From NCBI GenBank assembly GCA_030725785.1, contig JANRFB010000090.1, positions 1 through 56,474 on the forward strand: a stretch of DNA of 56,474 bases, given 5' to 3'. The DNA is from Solirubrobacteraceae bacterium. GTDB taxonomy: Bacteria; Actinomycetota; Thermoleophilia; Solirubrobacterales; Solirubrobacteraceae. A model generated the notes under the pieces. That model had not been told where the DNA came from, did not search any database, and saw only the letters and a program-made list of their open reading frames with translations. The position numbers and the translations under genes are program-made. Shown here one piece after another: positions 1 to 8,169 of this stretch; position 1 is the stretch's first letter; the number at the start of each line of letters is the position of its first letter.

Positions 1-28
1 TCGATCATGACGCATCTGGTCGCGCTGC

Positions 29-1165
29 TCAGGCGATAAAGAACGAGAACGCGATGATCACGTAAACGGCAAGGAGCTGTAGCCCTTCAAACCAGTTCGA
101 GCGGCCGTCCTGCGTGACCTGGCTGGCAAGCAGCGCCGAGAGGATCAACGCCGCCAGCTCAAAGCCGTTAAAGACCAGCGCCATTGGGTGGGGACCAATC
201 AGGTGTGAGGCAAGAATTAGTACCGGAGCCACAAAGAGCGCGACCTGGGCGCTGGAACCGATTGAGATGTTGACCGCGAGGTTCATCTGGTCCTTGCGCG
301 CAGCGAGCACCGCAACCCAGTGCTCGGCCGCGTTACCGACGATCGCGACGACGATCGCGCCGATAAAGAACTCACTGATGTCGAGCTTTTGCGCAGTCTG
401 TTCAATCGAGCCGACGAGGATCTCCGACATGGCGGCAACCGCGACACCGGCAATCGCGAGCGCGATCACCGACTTCTTGACGCTCCAAAGCTCACCGACC
501 GCCTCGATCTCGGCCGGCTCCGGATTGAAGATGCGCCGGTGCGTTTTGAGCGAGAAGAAGAGCCCGGCCGCGTATGCGACCAGCAGCACGGCGGCCACAA
601 CAAGAGAGAGCGTCTCAACGCTTGAGTCGTAATCGACGATCACTTCGTTGGGCTTTGGCAGCCCGCTGCCGACGACCAGCTCGTAGACAGCCGGCATGAC
701 AATCGCGGCCAACGCGAGAAAGAGCATCGAAGTTTGGGCGCTGGCTGCGCGGGCACTGAACTTCTGCTCGTCGCGACCCCAACCACCGAAGAACATTGAC
801 GCTCCGAGCACGAGCAGAATGTTGCCGATGATCGAACCTGCGATCGAAGCCTTGACGACCTCCTGCAACCCAGCGTTGAGAGCGACGAGCGCGATGATCA
901 GCTCCGGCGCATTGCCGAATGTGACGTTCAGAAGCCCTCCAATACCGGGGCCTGACCGGGCCGCGAGCTCCTCCGTCGCGCGGCCCATCAGCGCCGCTGT
1001 TGGGATCACGCCGAGCGCCGCGGTGATGAAGATTGCGGTTGAGCCTGCGCCGCCGTATTGAAGGATTACGGCGATCGGAATGAAGATCACCAGCAAGACC
1101 GGCCAGCCAGCAGCATCGAGCAGGCGGCGAAAGAGCGAGGAATTGGCTGGTGGCTGGGTGTTCAT
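29..1165 (-). CDS. Ca2+/H+ antiporter (CaCA / ChaA-CAX family)
   Basis: 378-aa polytopic ORF carrying both CaCA alpha-repeat signatures (GNAPELIIAL and GNAAEHWVAV). Confidence 0.85.
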   Translation of the reverse strand: MNTQPPANSSLFRRLLDAAGWPVLLVIFIPIAVILQYGGAGSTAIFITAALGVIPTAALMGRATEELAARSGPGIGGLLNVTFGNAPELIIALVALNAGLQEVVKASIAGSIIGNILLVLGASMFFGGWGRDEQKFSARAASAQTSMLFLALAAIVMPAVYELVVGSGLPKPNEVIVDYDSSVETLSLVVAAVLLVAYAAGLFFSLKTHRRIFNPEPAEIEAVGELWSVKKSVIALAIAGVAVAAMSEILVGSIEQTAQKLDISEFFIGAIVVAIVGNAAEHWVAVLAARKDQMNLAVNISIGSSAQVALFVAPVLILASHLIGPHPMALVFNGFELAALILSALLASQVTQDGRSNWFEGLQLLAVYVIIAFSFFIA

Positions 1166-1281
1166 CGGGGCCAGAGCATACGTTGCGCTTGGGTCGGCCC
1201 CGGCCGCCAGTGATTCGGCGGCGCGCGCCGGTGCAAGGTCAACTGCGACCGACTCGGAGCCGCTCCTCTACGCTTCTTTAT

Positions 1282-2607
1282 GTGCGCCGTACGCCTGTTC
1301 TATGCGTCGCGTCGGCGCTCGTCACGCTCGCCCTCAGTGGCGCGGCGAGTGCCGATGCTTCAACCATTTACGTCCTCGACGAGAGCGGCACCGTCACGGC
1401 GCGGGAAAATCCGCTGATTCCGGCGGGCCCGAGCAGTCAGCTGCCGAAGTACCCGGGGCGCGCGCTAACCGTGGCCTCGGCAGCGGCAATGCCAGCCCAG
1501 ACAGCCTCCTCGAGGAACCTCGACTCGGCGGTCTCTAGGCTCGCCTCCCGCGGCGCGATTAGCGCCACAACCCGCGCCGACTACAACGCGGCGATGGGCA
1601 GCGCGCGCAAAGCGGCTGGAAAGCTGACCGGCCAGCGCCGAAAAGAACTGCGAGCCGTGATCGCAAACTTCAACCGCATGGCCAAGGGCGGGCTGGTGAC
1701 CGCTTCGCGGCTACCAGCGCTCACCGAGACGCTGCGACGCAACGCGCAATGGTGGACCGATGGTTCCTCTCTGAGCTACGGCCAGCGCGTTGGCTTTTCC
1801 GGCAGCGAACTGGTCTGGCAGGCCTACCCCGGCCAAGGGCTGCAAATTCAATGGCTTGGCACTTTCGGCTACATGAATGCGCTCTGGACCGCCGAAAGCA
1901 AGTCGTCGGAGCTACGCACGCTGGCCCGCGAGGTCAGCGAGCTGGCCGCAGCACGCGCTGGCGGAGTCGCCTGGGAGTACCTCTTCAAGTTCGGCGGAGG
2001 CAGACCTCCGTGGGTGAGCGGAATGGCTCAAGGCACTGCGATACAGGCTCTGGCGCGCACCTCGGACCGCTTCAAAGACCGCTCACTGATGACGCTTGCG
2101 AAGCGTGGCCTTGGCATCTTCCGCACCAGCCCACCGAGCGGCGTGAGGCTGAAACTGGCACACGGGTCGCACTACCTCGGCTACTCCTATGCGCCGGGGC
2201 AGCGGATCTACAACCAGTTCTACCAGGCGCTGCGTGGGCTCCATGACCTCGCCGACCTCAGCGGCGACAAGAATGCGCGACGGCTCTGGCTCGAAGGCCA
2301 AAGCCGCGGCCGCTACGAGCTTGCCTTCTCAAATACTGGCTCATGGTCCTACTACCAGCCTGGCTCGCTCTCAACTGTCGGTTACCACGAGTTGCTACGC
2401 GACTTTCTCCGCGGCCTTTGCGACGTGATGACCGTCGACCGCCAGCGTGAGGCGATTGCCCTGCGCGAGAAAAAGGGCCCGGCAGCGGTCCTCAGCGACT
2501 TCAAAAACTGGCCGGATCCAGGGCCTTACTGCGTGATGACGAAACGCTTCACGGACTATCTCTATAAGCGCCTTGGCACCAAGGCACCGACCGCCGCACC
2601 GCGCTGA
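1282..2607 (+). CDS. Secreted protein with D-glucuronyl C5-epimerase C-terminal-like domain
   Basis: The ORF track gives 1150..2607. I prefer the GTG at 1282 because a signal peptide follows directly (RRTPVLCVASALVTLALSGAASADA). GGGRPPWVSGMAQGTAIQALAR resembles the W.S.MAQGQAIS core of C5-epimerase C-terminal domains, from memory. Confidence 0.55.
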   Translation: MRRTPVLCVASALVTLALSGAASADASTIYVLDESGTVTARENPLIPAGPSSQLPKYPGRALTVASAAAMPAQTASSRNLDSAVSRLASRGAISATTRADYNAAMGSARKAAGKLTGQRRKELRAVIANFNRMAKGGLVTASRLPALTETLRRNAQWWTDGSSLSYGQRVGFSGSELVWQAYPGQGLQIQWLGTFGYMNALWTAESKSSELRTLAREVSELAAARAGGVAWEYLFKFGGGRPPWVSGMAQGTAIQALARTSDRFKDRSLMTLAKRGLGIFRTSPPSGVRLKLAHGSHYLGYSYAPGQRIYNQFYQALRGLHDLADLSGDKNARRLWLEGQSRGRYELAFSNTGSWSYYQPGSLSTVGYHELLRDFLRGLCDVMTVDRQREAIALREKKGPAAVLSDFKNWPDPGPYCVMTKRFTDYLYKRLGTKAPTAAPR

Positions 2608-2643
2608 GCGCGGCTCCTGCGGGGCGACCCTTACAATTGAGCT

Positions 2644-3108
2644 GTGCCTGAAGCCCCTACGACTTGGATCCTGACCGGCTCGGTCGACAACTTTGCCGTC
2701 ACCCAAGAGCTCGGCTTCGAACTGATCGGCTTCAAAGAGCGCCGTCGCAAGCAGGCTCTGTCGATGGAGATCGGTGACCGGATTATTTTCTACCTGACGA
2801 AGGTGATGGCTTTTGGCGGGTCGGTAACGATCACCTCCGACCTCTTTGAAGATCGCGATCCAATCTGGCCAGGCAAGCCGGGAAACCCCGACCCCTATCC
2901 CTGGCGGCGCAAGACCGAGCCTGAGCTCATTATCGACGAGGCCGCTTGGGTACCCGCAGAGAGCGTCAAGGACGATCTCGAACACATCGCCAAATGGCCT
3001 GCCGAACACTGGAAGCTGGCCTTCCAAGGGCAATTGCGCACGATCAGCGACGCCGATAGCGATCTGCTGCTCGAGCGGATGCGGGTAGCGGCCAGCGCAG
3101 CGGCGTGA
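2644..3108 (+). CDS. EVE / PUA-like (UPF0310-type) domain protein
   Basis: 154-aa ORF with a GTG start. Its N-terminus (TWILTGSVDNF...IGFKERRRKQALSMEIGDRIIFYLT) and overall size look like small EVE/ASCH-fold proteins. Recognition is from memory only. Confidence 0.5.
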   Translation: MPEAPTTWILTGSVDNFAVTQELGFELIGFKERRRKQALSMEIGDRIIFYLTKVMAFGGSVTITSDLFEDRDPIWPGKPGNPDPYPWRRKTEPELIIDEAAWVPAESVKDDLEHIAKWPAEHWKLAFQGQLRTISDADSDLLLERMRVAASAAA

Positions 3109-3827
3109 GCACGGCTGCGCCGCGGCTGCGCAGCGCCTGGGAGACGCTCTACAGGGAACAGAGGCTGGCGACTGCGGCGGCGATCGGCCTGCTGCTCTCG
3201 ATGCTGCTGCCTTGGTACCAGCAGGGCGGTTTCGTAACGCGCCCGGGCCAAGCGCCGACCGAGCTGAGCGACTCGTTCAATGCCTTTCAATCGTGGGGAT
3301 TTGTTGAGGCCTCGGTTCTGCTCGTTGCGCTCGGTGTGATTGCGCTCTGCGCTGCTCGTGCCGATCGCCGCGCCTTCCACCTTCCAGGCGGCGACGGGAT
3401 CGTCTTGATGGCCGCCGGAGCATGGGTGATGTTCCTGATTTTCTACCGTCAACTCGATCGCCCAAGCGGTAACGACTCGGGCGTATTGCGGCCGATTGGC
3501 AGCCCTTCCTGGGGCGAGGTTGGCGTCGACTGGGGCATCTTCGTCGCATTCTTGCTCGGCGCCGTGATCGTTTACGCCGGCTGGCAGATGCGCGCCCACG
3601 ATCGCCCTGAGCCTCTGCTCGATGGTGACGACCCGCATTCAGCGGTAGTCGAGGGCGACCCAAACTCGGTTGTCAGCACGATGCCGATAGGCACACCCCG
3701 GGCAATGCCGGAGACGCCAGCCGCCTCGGCTCCAGGGCGCCCCAGAACCAAACCAGGCCCTGCTGCTGCCCCGCTCGAAGGCCAGCTCTCGTTCGAAGAC
3801 TCCAGCGACGAGGAACCCGAAAGCTAG
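3105..3827 (+). CDS. Hypothetical 4-TM membrane protein with Pro/acidic C-terminal tail
   Basis: The GTG start overlaps the stop of the EVE gene (GTGA at 3105-3108). Four hydrophobic segments are visible (LLLSMLLPWY, VLLVALGVIALCAA, IVLMAAGAWVMFLIFY, IFVAFLLGAVIVYAGW). No family was recognised. Confidence 0.6.
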   Translation: MSTAAPRLRSAWETLYREQRLATAAAIGLLLSMLLPWYQQGGFVTRPGQAPTELSDSFNAFQSWGFVEASVLLVALGVIALCAARADRRAFHLPGGDGIVLMAAGAWVMFLIFYRQLDRPSGNDSGVLRPIGSPSWGEVGVDWGIFVAFLLGAVIVYAGWQMRAHDRPEPLLDGDDPHSAVVEGDPNSVVSTMPIGTPRAMPETPAASAPGRPRTKPGPAAAPLEGQLSFEDSSDEEPES

Positions 3828-3857
3828 GGCGCGGCAGGGGTTTCAACCGGCGCAACC

Positions 3858-3863
3858 TATTAT
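3858..3863 (+). promoter_or_regulatory. Candidate -10 box (TATTAT) just upstream of the MoxR gene
   Basis: This is the only AT-rich patch in the 45-nt gap. TATTAT ends 9 nt before the ATG at 3873, which suggests a leaderless or very short-leader mRNA. There is no convincing -35. Confidence 0.25.
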
Positions 3864-3872
3864 TCGAAGACG

Positions 3873-4775
3873 ATGCCTAATCTCCCCGACCGCCCAGAGG
3901 AAGTCAGCTCCGGCCTAATCGACGTTGGCTACCTGCCCGATGACGCAACGGCACTGGTCGCCTTCCTCGCGATCAAGCTCGGCAAGCCGATCCTCGTCGA
4001 AGGCCCTGCCGGAGTCGGAAAGACGCAGTTGGCCAAGTCGTTGGCTGAAACGCTTGGCCGTGAGCTCGTTCGGCTGCAGTGCTACGAAGGGCTCGACGAA
4101 GCGAAGGCTCTTTACGAGTGGAACTACCGCAAGCAGCTGCTTCGAATCCAAGCCGAAGCGCAGGACACCGGTTGGACCGAGGTGCAGGACGACATCTTCG
4201 GCGAAGACTTTCTGCTTGAGCGGCCACTGATGACAGCGATTGCGTCGCCCGACCCCGTCGTCCTGCTAATCGACGAGATCGACAAAACCGACCAAGAGTT
4301 CGAAGCGATGCTCCTCGAGCTGCTCTCCGACTTCCAGATCTCAATCCCCGAGCTCGGCCGTATTGAAGCGAGCACGATGCCGCTGGTGCTGCTGACCTCG
4401 AACAACTCGCGCGAGCTAACCGAGGCTCTCAAGCGCCGCTGCCTCTACCTCTGGATTGACTACCCGTCGCTCGAACACGAGCTCGAAATTGTTCGCCTCC
4501 ACGCACCCGAGCTCGACGAGAAGATCTCTCGGCGTCTCGTCGAAGTCGTGGCGATGGTTCGCGACCTTGACCTGAAGAAACCACCATCGATAGCCGAGTC
4601 GATCGACTGGGCGCGGGCGCTGCTACTACTCGGCGCGACCGACATCGACACCAAAACCTTTAACGAGACGATGTCGATCATCGTCAAGCACCGCACTGAC
4701 ATCGACATCGTCGCCGAGCGCGTCGGAGTCAAGCTCGACAGCGGCGAGGACGGCATCAGTGCCGCCGCCTCCTGA
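3873..4775 (+). CDS. MoxR-class AAA+ ATPase, CoxD-like subgroup
   Basis: Walker A GPAGVGKT and Walker B VLLIDEIDK are present. LQCYEGLDEAKALYEWNY is typical of CoxD/APE2220-type MoxR proteins, from memory. Confidence 0.85.
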   Translation: MPNLPDRPEEVSSGLIDVGYLPDDATALVAFLAIKLGKPILVEGPAGVGKTQLAKSLAETLGRELVRLQCYEGLDEAKALYEWNYRKQLLRIQAEAQDTGWTEVQDDIFGEDFLLERPLMTAIASPDPVVLLIDEIDKTDQEFEAMLLELLSDFQISIPELGRIEASTMPLVLLTSNNSRELTEALKRRCLYLWIDYPSLEHELEIVRLHAPELDEKISRRLVEVVAMVRDLDLKKPPSIAESIDWARALLLLGATDIDTKTFNETMSIIVKHRTDIDIVAERVGVKLDSGEDGISAAAS

Positions 4776-6216
4776 CAAGCGTCCGTCGCGCGAGGCATCA
4801 CGGCGCGCGGCGCTCTTCTCCGAGCCGCTCGAAAACCCGCTTGACGCCGGCCTGACCGCGCACCTCGTCGAGTTCGGTGAGGAGCTGCGCGGGGAGGGTG
4901 TAGCGCTGGGCACCAGCGAGCTGCTCGACGCCTTCAGCGCGCTGCCAGAGGTTGCCTGGAACGAACCGACCCTCTTTCGCGAAACGCTCGCCACGACGCT
5001 TGCGAAGTCGCCGGAAGACCGCGCCATCTTCGACCTTGTTTTTGAGCGTTTCTTCTTTCGCGCAACTGAGCTGGCGGCGCTGACAACCGGCATTGGCGAA
5101 GCGGGCAGCGGCAGCGGTGATGGCCAAGGCAACTCCGAGATCGACGTTGAGGCGCTGCGCGAGCAGATCGCGCGCGCCATCGCCGAGCAGCATGAGGGGG
5201 CGATGCGCGATCTCGCCCGGCTTGCAATCGCCGCCTTCGCGCAGCCCGGAGAGGGATCTGGCGTGCTCGGCGTCGACGTGCAGCGGATCCGCCGCTCGCT
5301 CGAGCTACGGACCGATCCACAAGCTGACGTTCCTCAAGACGACCCCCGCTCCGAAGGACTGCCGCGAGAGGGAATCCGCCGATTTGAACAGCTGCTGCGC
5401 CAGGAGCTCGAGCGCCAACAGATTGAACGCACGTCGTCGCTGCCAGCGGCGCGGCCACTACACGAGCTCGACCGCGCGCTGCCGAGCGGCCCGCTTCAGG
5501 ACCTTGCCAGTGTCCACCGCGTCGTAACTCAGCTTAAGAGGAGACTGAAGACGCAAGGCCAGGAGCACCGCGGCCATCGCCGCCACGCTCACGTAGATAT
5601 GCGCCGCACGATGCGCGCCTCGCTTCAAACCGGCGGCGTGCCGATAACGCTGCGCTACCGGCCCGTTCGCCCGCGGCGGCCGGAGCTATTCGTAATCTGC
5701 GACGTCTCGACCAGTGTCACCAGCGCCTCTGTCTTCTTCCTCTCGGTGATGCACGCGCTGCACGACTCGTTCCGCAAGATGCGCTCGTTCGTCTTCATCG
5801 AGCGAGTCAGCGAAGTGACCGATGTTTTTGAGCGCGAGCGCGACTTCAAGGCCGTCAGCGAAGCGATCGCGCGTGACGCCGGCGTCGCGGACATCTCCGG
5901 CTACACCGACTACGGCCGTGTTTGGGGCGAGCTGCTCGAACAAATCCAGGATGAGCTCCACCCGCGCGCGACCGTGATCGTGCTGGGCGACGCGCGCACC
6001 AACGGGCGCGCGCCCGGCGCCGAACTCTTCGCCCAGATCGCCGCCCGCGCCGGCCGCACCTACTGGCTAAATCCGGAGCCCCGCCTCTATTGGAACTACG
6101 GCGACTCGGTGATCGACACCTACGCCCAGTATTGCGAGGCCTACGAGTGCTGGACTACCGCCCAGCTTGAGAACTTCGTCAAGGTCTTGACAGCGCCGGA
6201 AGCTACGCGGCCGTAG
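4759..6216 (+). CDS. VWA domain protein, CoxE-like
   Basis: The GTG start overlaps the MoxR gene by 17 nt. The C-terminal VWA domain has a MIDAS-like motif, ICDVSTSV. The pairing with a CoxD-type ATPase is the classical CoxD/CoxE arrangement. Confidence 0.8.
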   Translation: MPPPPDKRPSREASRRAALFSEPLENPLDAGLTAHLVEFGEELRGEGVALGTSELLDAFSALPEVAWNEPTLFRETLATTLAKSPEDRAIFDLVFERFFFRATELAALTTGIGEAGSGSGDGQGNSEIDVEALREQIARAIAEQHEGAMRDLARLAIAAFAQPGEGSGVLGVDVQRIRRSLELRTDPQADVPQDDPRSEGLPREGIRRFEQLLRQELERQQIERTSSLPAARPLHELDRALPSGPLQDLASVHRVVTQLKRRLKTQGQEHRGHRRHAHVDMRRTMRASLQTGGVPITLRYRPVRPRRPELFVICDVSTSVTSASVFFLSVMHALHDSFRKMRSFVFIERVSEVTDVFERERDFKAVSEAIARDAGVADISGYTDYGRVWGELLEQIQDELHPRATVIVLGDARTNGRAPGAELFAQIAARAGRTYWLNPEPRLYWNYGDSVIDTYAQYCEAYECWTTAQLENFVKVLTAPEATRP

Positions 6217-7684
6217 CGGCGGCGCGCTCAGCGACGCGCTCAAACTGAAGCGCGCCGTCGGCGGTCAGCTCGCTTGCCAGCTCGCGCTGATCGCGGGCGA
6301 GGTCTTGGCTCATCTCCCAATGCTCGGTAGACCCCTGCCGCGGGAAAAGGTGGAGCGAGCGGTTGACGTAGCCGGCCCCGAAGTCGAGCATCGGACGCGT
6401 CTCCTGCGACGGGTCCGGGTTGACCGCCGTGCACTTGTCAAAGCCATTGCGATCCATGTAGCCAATAACGCGGCAGATGTAATCAATCACGATCCCGACC
6501 TTCAGCGTCAGCGACACGTTGTAATTGCCCATCGCGAAGGCAAAGTTAGGAACGTCGCTGAGCATTGATCCCTTGTAGGTCAACATCTCGGGAAGCTCAA
6601 CGTGGGAGCCATCGACAGTCAGCTCGATGCCCCCAAAGGCCAGCAGCTCGAGGCCCGTCGCAGTCACGATGATGTCGGCCTCCAACAGTTCGCCACCGAC
6701 TAGCTCGATCCCCTCCTCGGTAAAGCTCGCGATCTTGTCGGTCACCACAGAGCAGCCTCCACTGGAGAGGCTTTTGAAGAGATCCCCGCTGGGAACGGCG
6801 CATAGCCGCTGATCCCATGGGTCGTAGTCGGGGGCGAAGTGGCGGTCGATCTCGTAATCGTCGGGCAGCTGCTGCTTCAGCGACCAACGCAGGAAGCGTT
6901 TGACTAGCTCGGGCCGTGACTGAGCGAGACTGAAGACGAACCGTTGGCGCCAGATGTTCTTGCGCCGCGTGATGCTTGATGCGAGACCTTCGGGCAAGAG
7001 ACGGTTCAGCAGATTGGCAACGGCGTCCTTGCGTGGCACGCTGATGATGTAGGTCGGCGAGCGCTGCAGCATCGTTACGTGGCCAGCCTGCTCGGCGAGC
7101 GCGGGCACGAGCGTGACGGCGGTCGCGCCGCTGCCAATGACGACAACCTTCTTACCGGAGTAATCGAGATCCTCGGGCCAGCTCTGCGGATGGATGATCG
7201 GGCCGGTGAAACGTTCCTGCCCTTCGAAGTGGGGCTGATAGCCGTAGTCATAACGGAAATACCCACTGGCGCTGAAGAGCCAGCCGCAGGTCAACGAGAT
7301 CGGATTGCCGTCAACGGTTGCCTCAACGGTCCAGATCGCCTGGTCGCTGTCCCAGGCCGCTCCCGTGACGTGGCAGCCGTAGCGGATGTTCCGATCTACG
7401 CCGTACTCAGCGGCCGTCTCGCGAATGTATTCGAGCACTTCGGGCCCGTCAACAATCGCGTTCTCGCCCATCCACGGCCTGAACTGGTAGCCGAGCGTGT
7501 GGAGGTCAGAATCAGAACGAATGCCCGGATAACGGAACAGATCCCAAGTCCCGCCAATCGCATCGCGCGCTTCGAGAATCGCGTAGCTCTTCTCGGGTAG
7601 ATCTTCGGTCAATCGGCAGGCTGCACCGATACCCGAAATCCCGGCGCCGATTATCAATACATCGACGTGGCTGGGCAGCTCCAT
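6203..7684 (-). CDS. Type I Baeyer-Villiger / flavin-containing monooxygenase
   Basis: Contains the FAD Rossmann motif IIGAGISGIGAA, the BVMO fingerprint FTGPIIHPQSW (FxGxxxHxxxW) and the NADPH Rossmann motif VVVIGSGATAV. It overlaps the VWA gene convergently by 14 nt. Confidence 0.85.
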   Translation of the reverse strand: MELPSHVDVLIIGAGISGIGAACRLTEDLPEKSYAILEARDAIGGTWDLFRYPGIRSDSDLHTLGYQFRPWMGENAIVDGPEVLEYIRETAAEYGVDRNIRYGCHVTGAAWDSDQAIWTVEATVDGNPISLTCGWLFSASGYFRYDYGYQPHFEGQERFTGPIIHPQSWPEDLDYSGKKVVVIGSGATAVTLVPALAEQAGHVTMLQRSPTYIISVPRKDAVANLLNRLLPEGLASSITRRKNIWRQRFVFSLAQSRPELVKRFLRWSLKQQLPDDYEIDRHFAPDYDPWDQRLCAVPSGDLFKSLSSGGCSVVTDKIASFTEEGIELVGGELLEADIIVTATGLELLAFGGIELTVDGSHVELPEMLTYKGSMLSDVPNFAFAMGNYNVSLTLKVGIVIDYICRVIGYMDRNGFDKCTAVNPDPSQETRPMLDFGAGYVNRSLHLFPRQGSTEHWEMSQDLARDQRELASELTADGALQFERVAERAAATAA

Positions 7685-7715
7685 TAGGCAATCTTACTAA
7701 CGACCTCGAAACGAC

Positions 7716-7741
7716 AACGGGCCGCCCGAAGGCGACCCGTT
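7716..7741 (-). terminator. Hairpin downstream of csp (11-bp stem, UUCG loop on the minus-strand RNA)
   Basis: Plus strand reads AACGGGCCGCC-CGAA-GGCGACCCGTT. On the minus strand the single mismatch becomes a G-U pair and the loop is UUCG. The hairpin is followed by GUCGUUUCG. Confidence 0.5.
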
Positions 7742-7756
7742 GCAAAGACTCCATGT

Positions 7757-7773
7757 GTGGCCACAAGGGCCAC
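7757..7773 (-). terminator. Short hairpin immediately 3' of the csp stop
   Basis: GTGGCC-ACAAG-GGCCAC, a 6-bp stem lying 7 nt after the stop codon. It has no clear U-tract. Confidence 0.4.
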
Positions 7774-7779
7774 GGGGCC

Positions 7780-7983
7780 TTAGATCGTGCGCACGTCCTT
7801 AGCGCTCGGACCCTTAGGGCCCTCTTCTGATTCGAACTCCACCTTTGCGCCTTCGGCAAGGGACTTGTAGCCCTCGCCCATGATCGCTGAGTGGTGCACG
7901 AACAGATCCTTACCGGCTTCATCAGGCGTAATAAACCCGAAGCCCTTTTCATCACTAAACCACTTGACTGTTCCAGTCGCCAT
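7780..7983 (-). CDS. cspA: Cold-shock protein (CspA family)
   Basis: 67-aa protein [20 protein letters not shown]...LFVHHSAI with RNP1 (KGFGFI) and RNP2 (FVHHS). GGAGGT lies 7 nt upstream of the ATG at 7983. The 99-aa ORF in the track is an N-terminal over-extension. Confidence 0.95.
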   Translation of the reverse strand: MATGTVKWFSDEKGFGFITPDEAGKDLFVHHSAIMGEGYKSLAEGAKVEFESEEGPKGPSAKDVRTI

Positions 7984-8169
7984 CGAAATAACCTCCGCGG
8001 CGTTATGTGCTGCGTACTCGCGGAGATGCTGTGAGGCAATCGTGCGGGCGCTGGCACTGCTTTCATCGCGCTTATGCACGACATTGACCCTCCGAACGGT
8101 AGCAGGCGGGAGCTTTTGCGCAAGGCAGCATCATTCATCGGCGTTATCGTCCGCAGTAAGAACCCTCCA

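Noticed and set aside
7984-8169. Possible TPP riboswitch upstream of the THI5/NMT1-like binding-protein gene (fragments such as GCTGTGAGG and ACCCTCCGAAC).
   Set aside because: The CUGAGA core and the ACCUGAUC..GG.UAAU..CC pyrophosphate-sensor helix are absent. The region is better explained as the csp 5' leader on the opposite strand.
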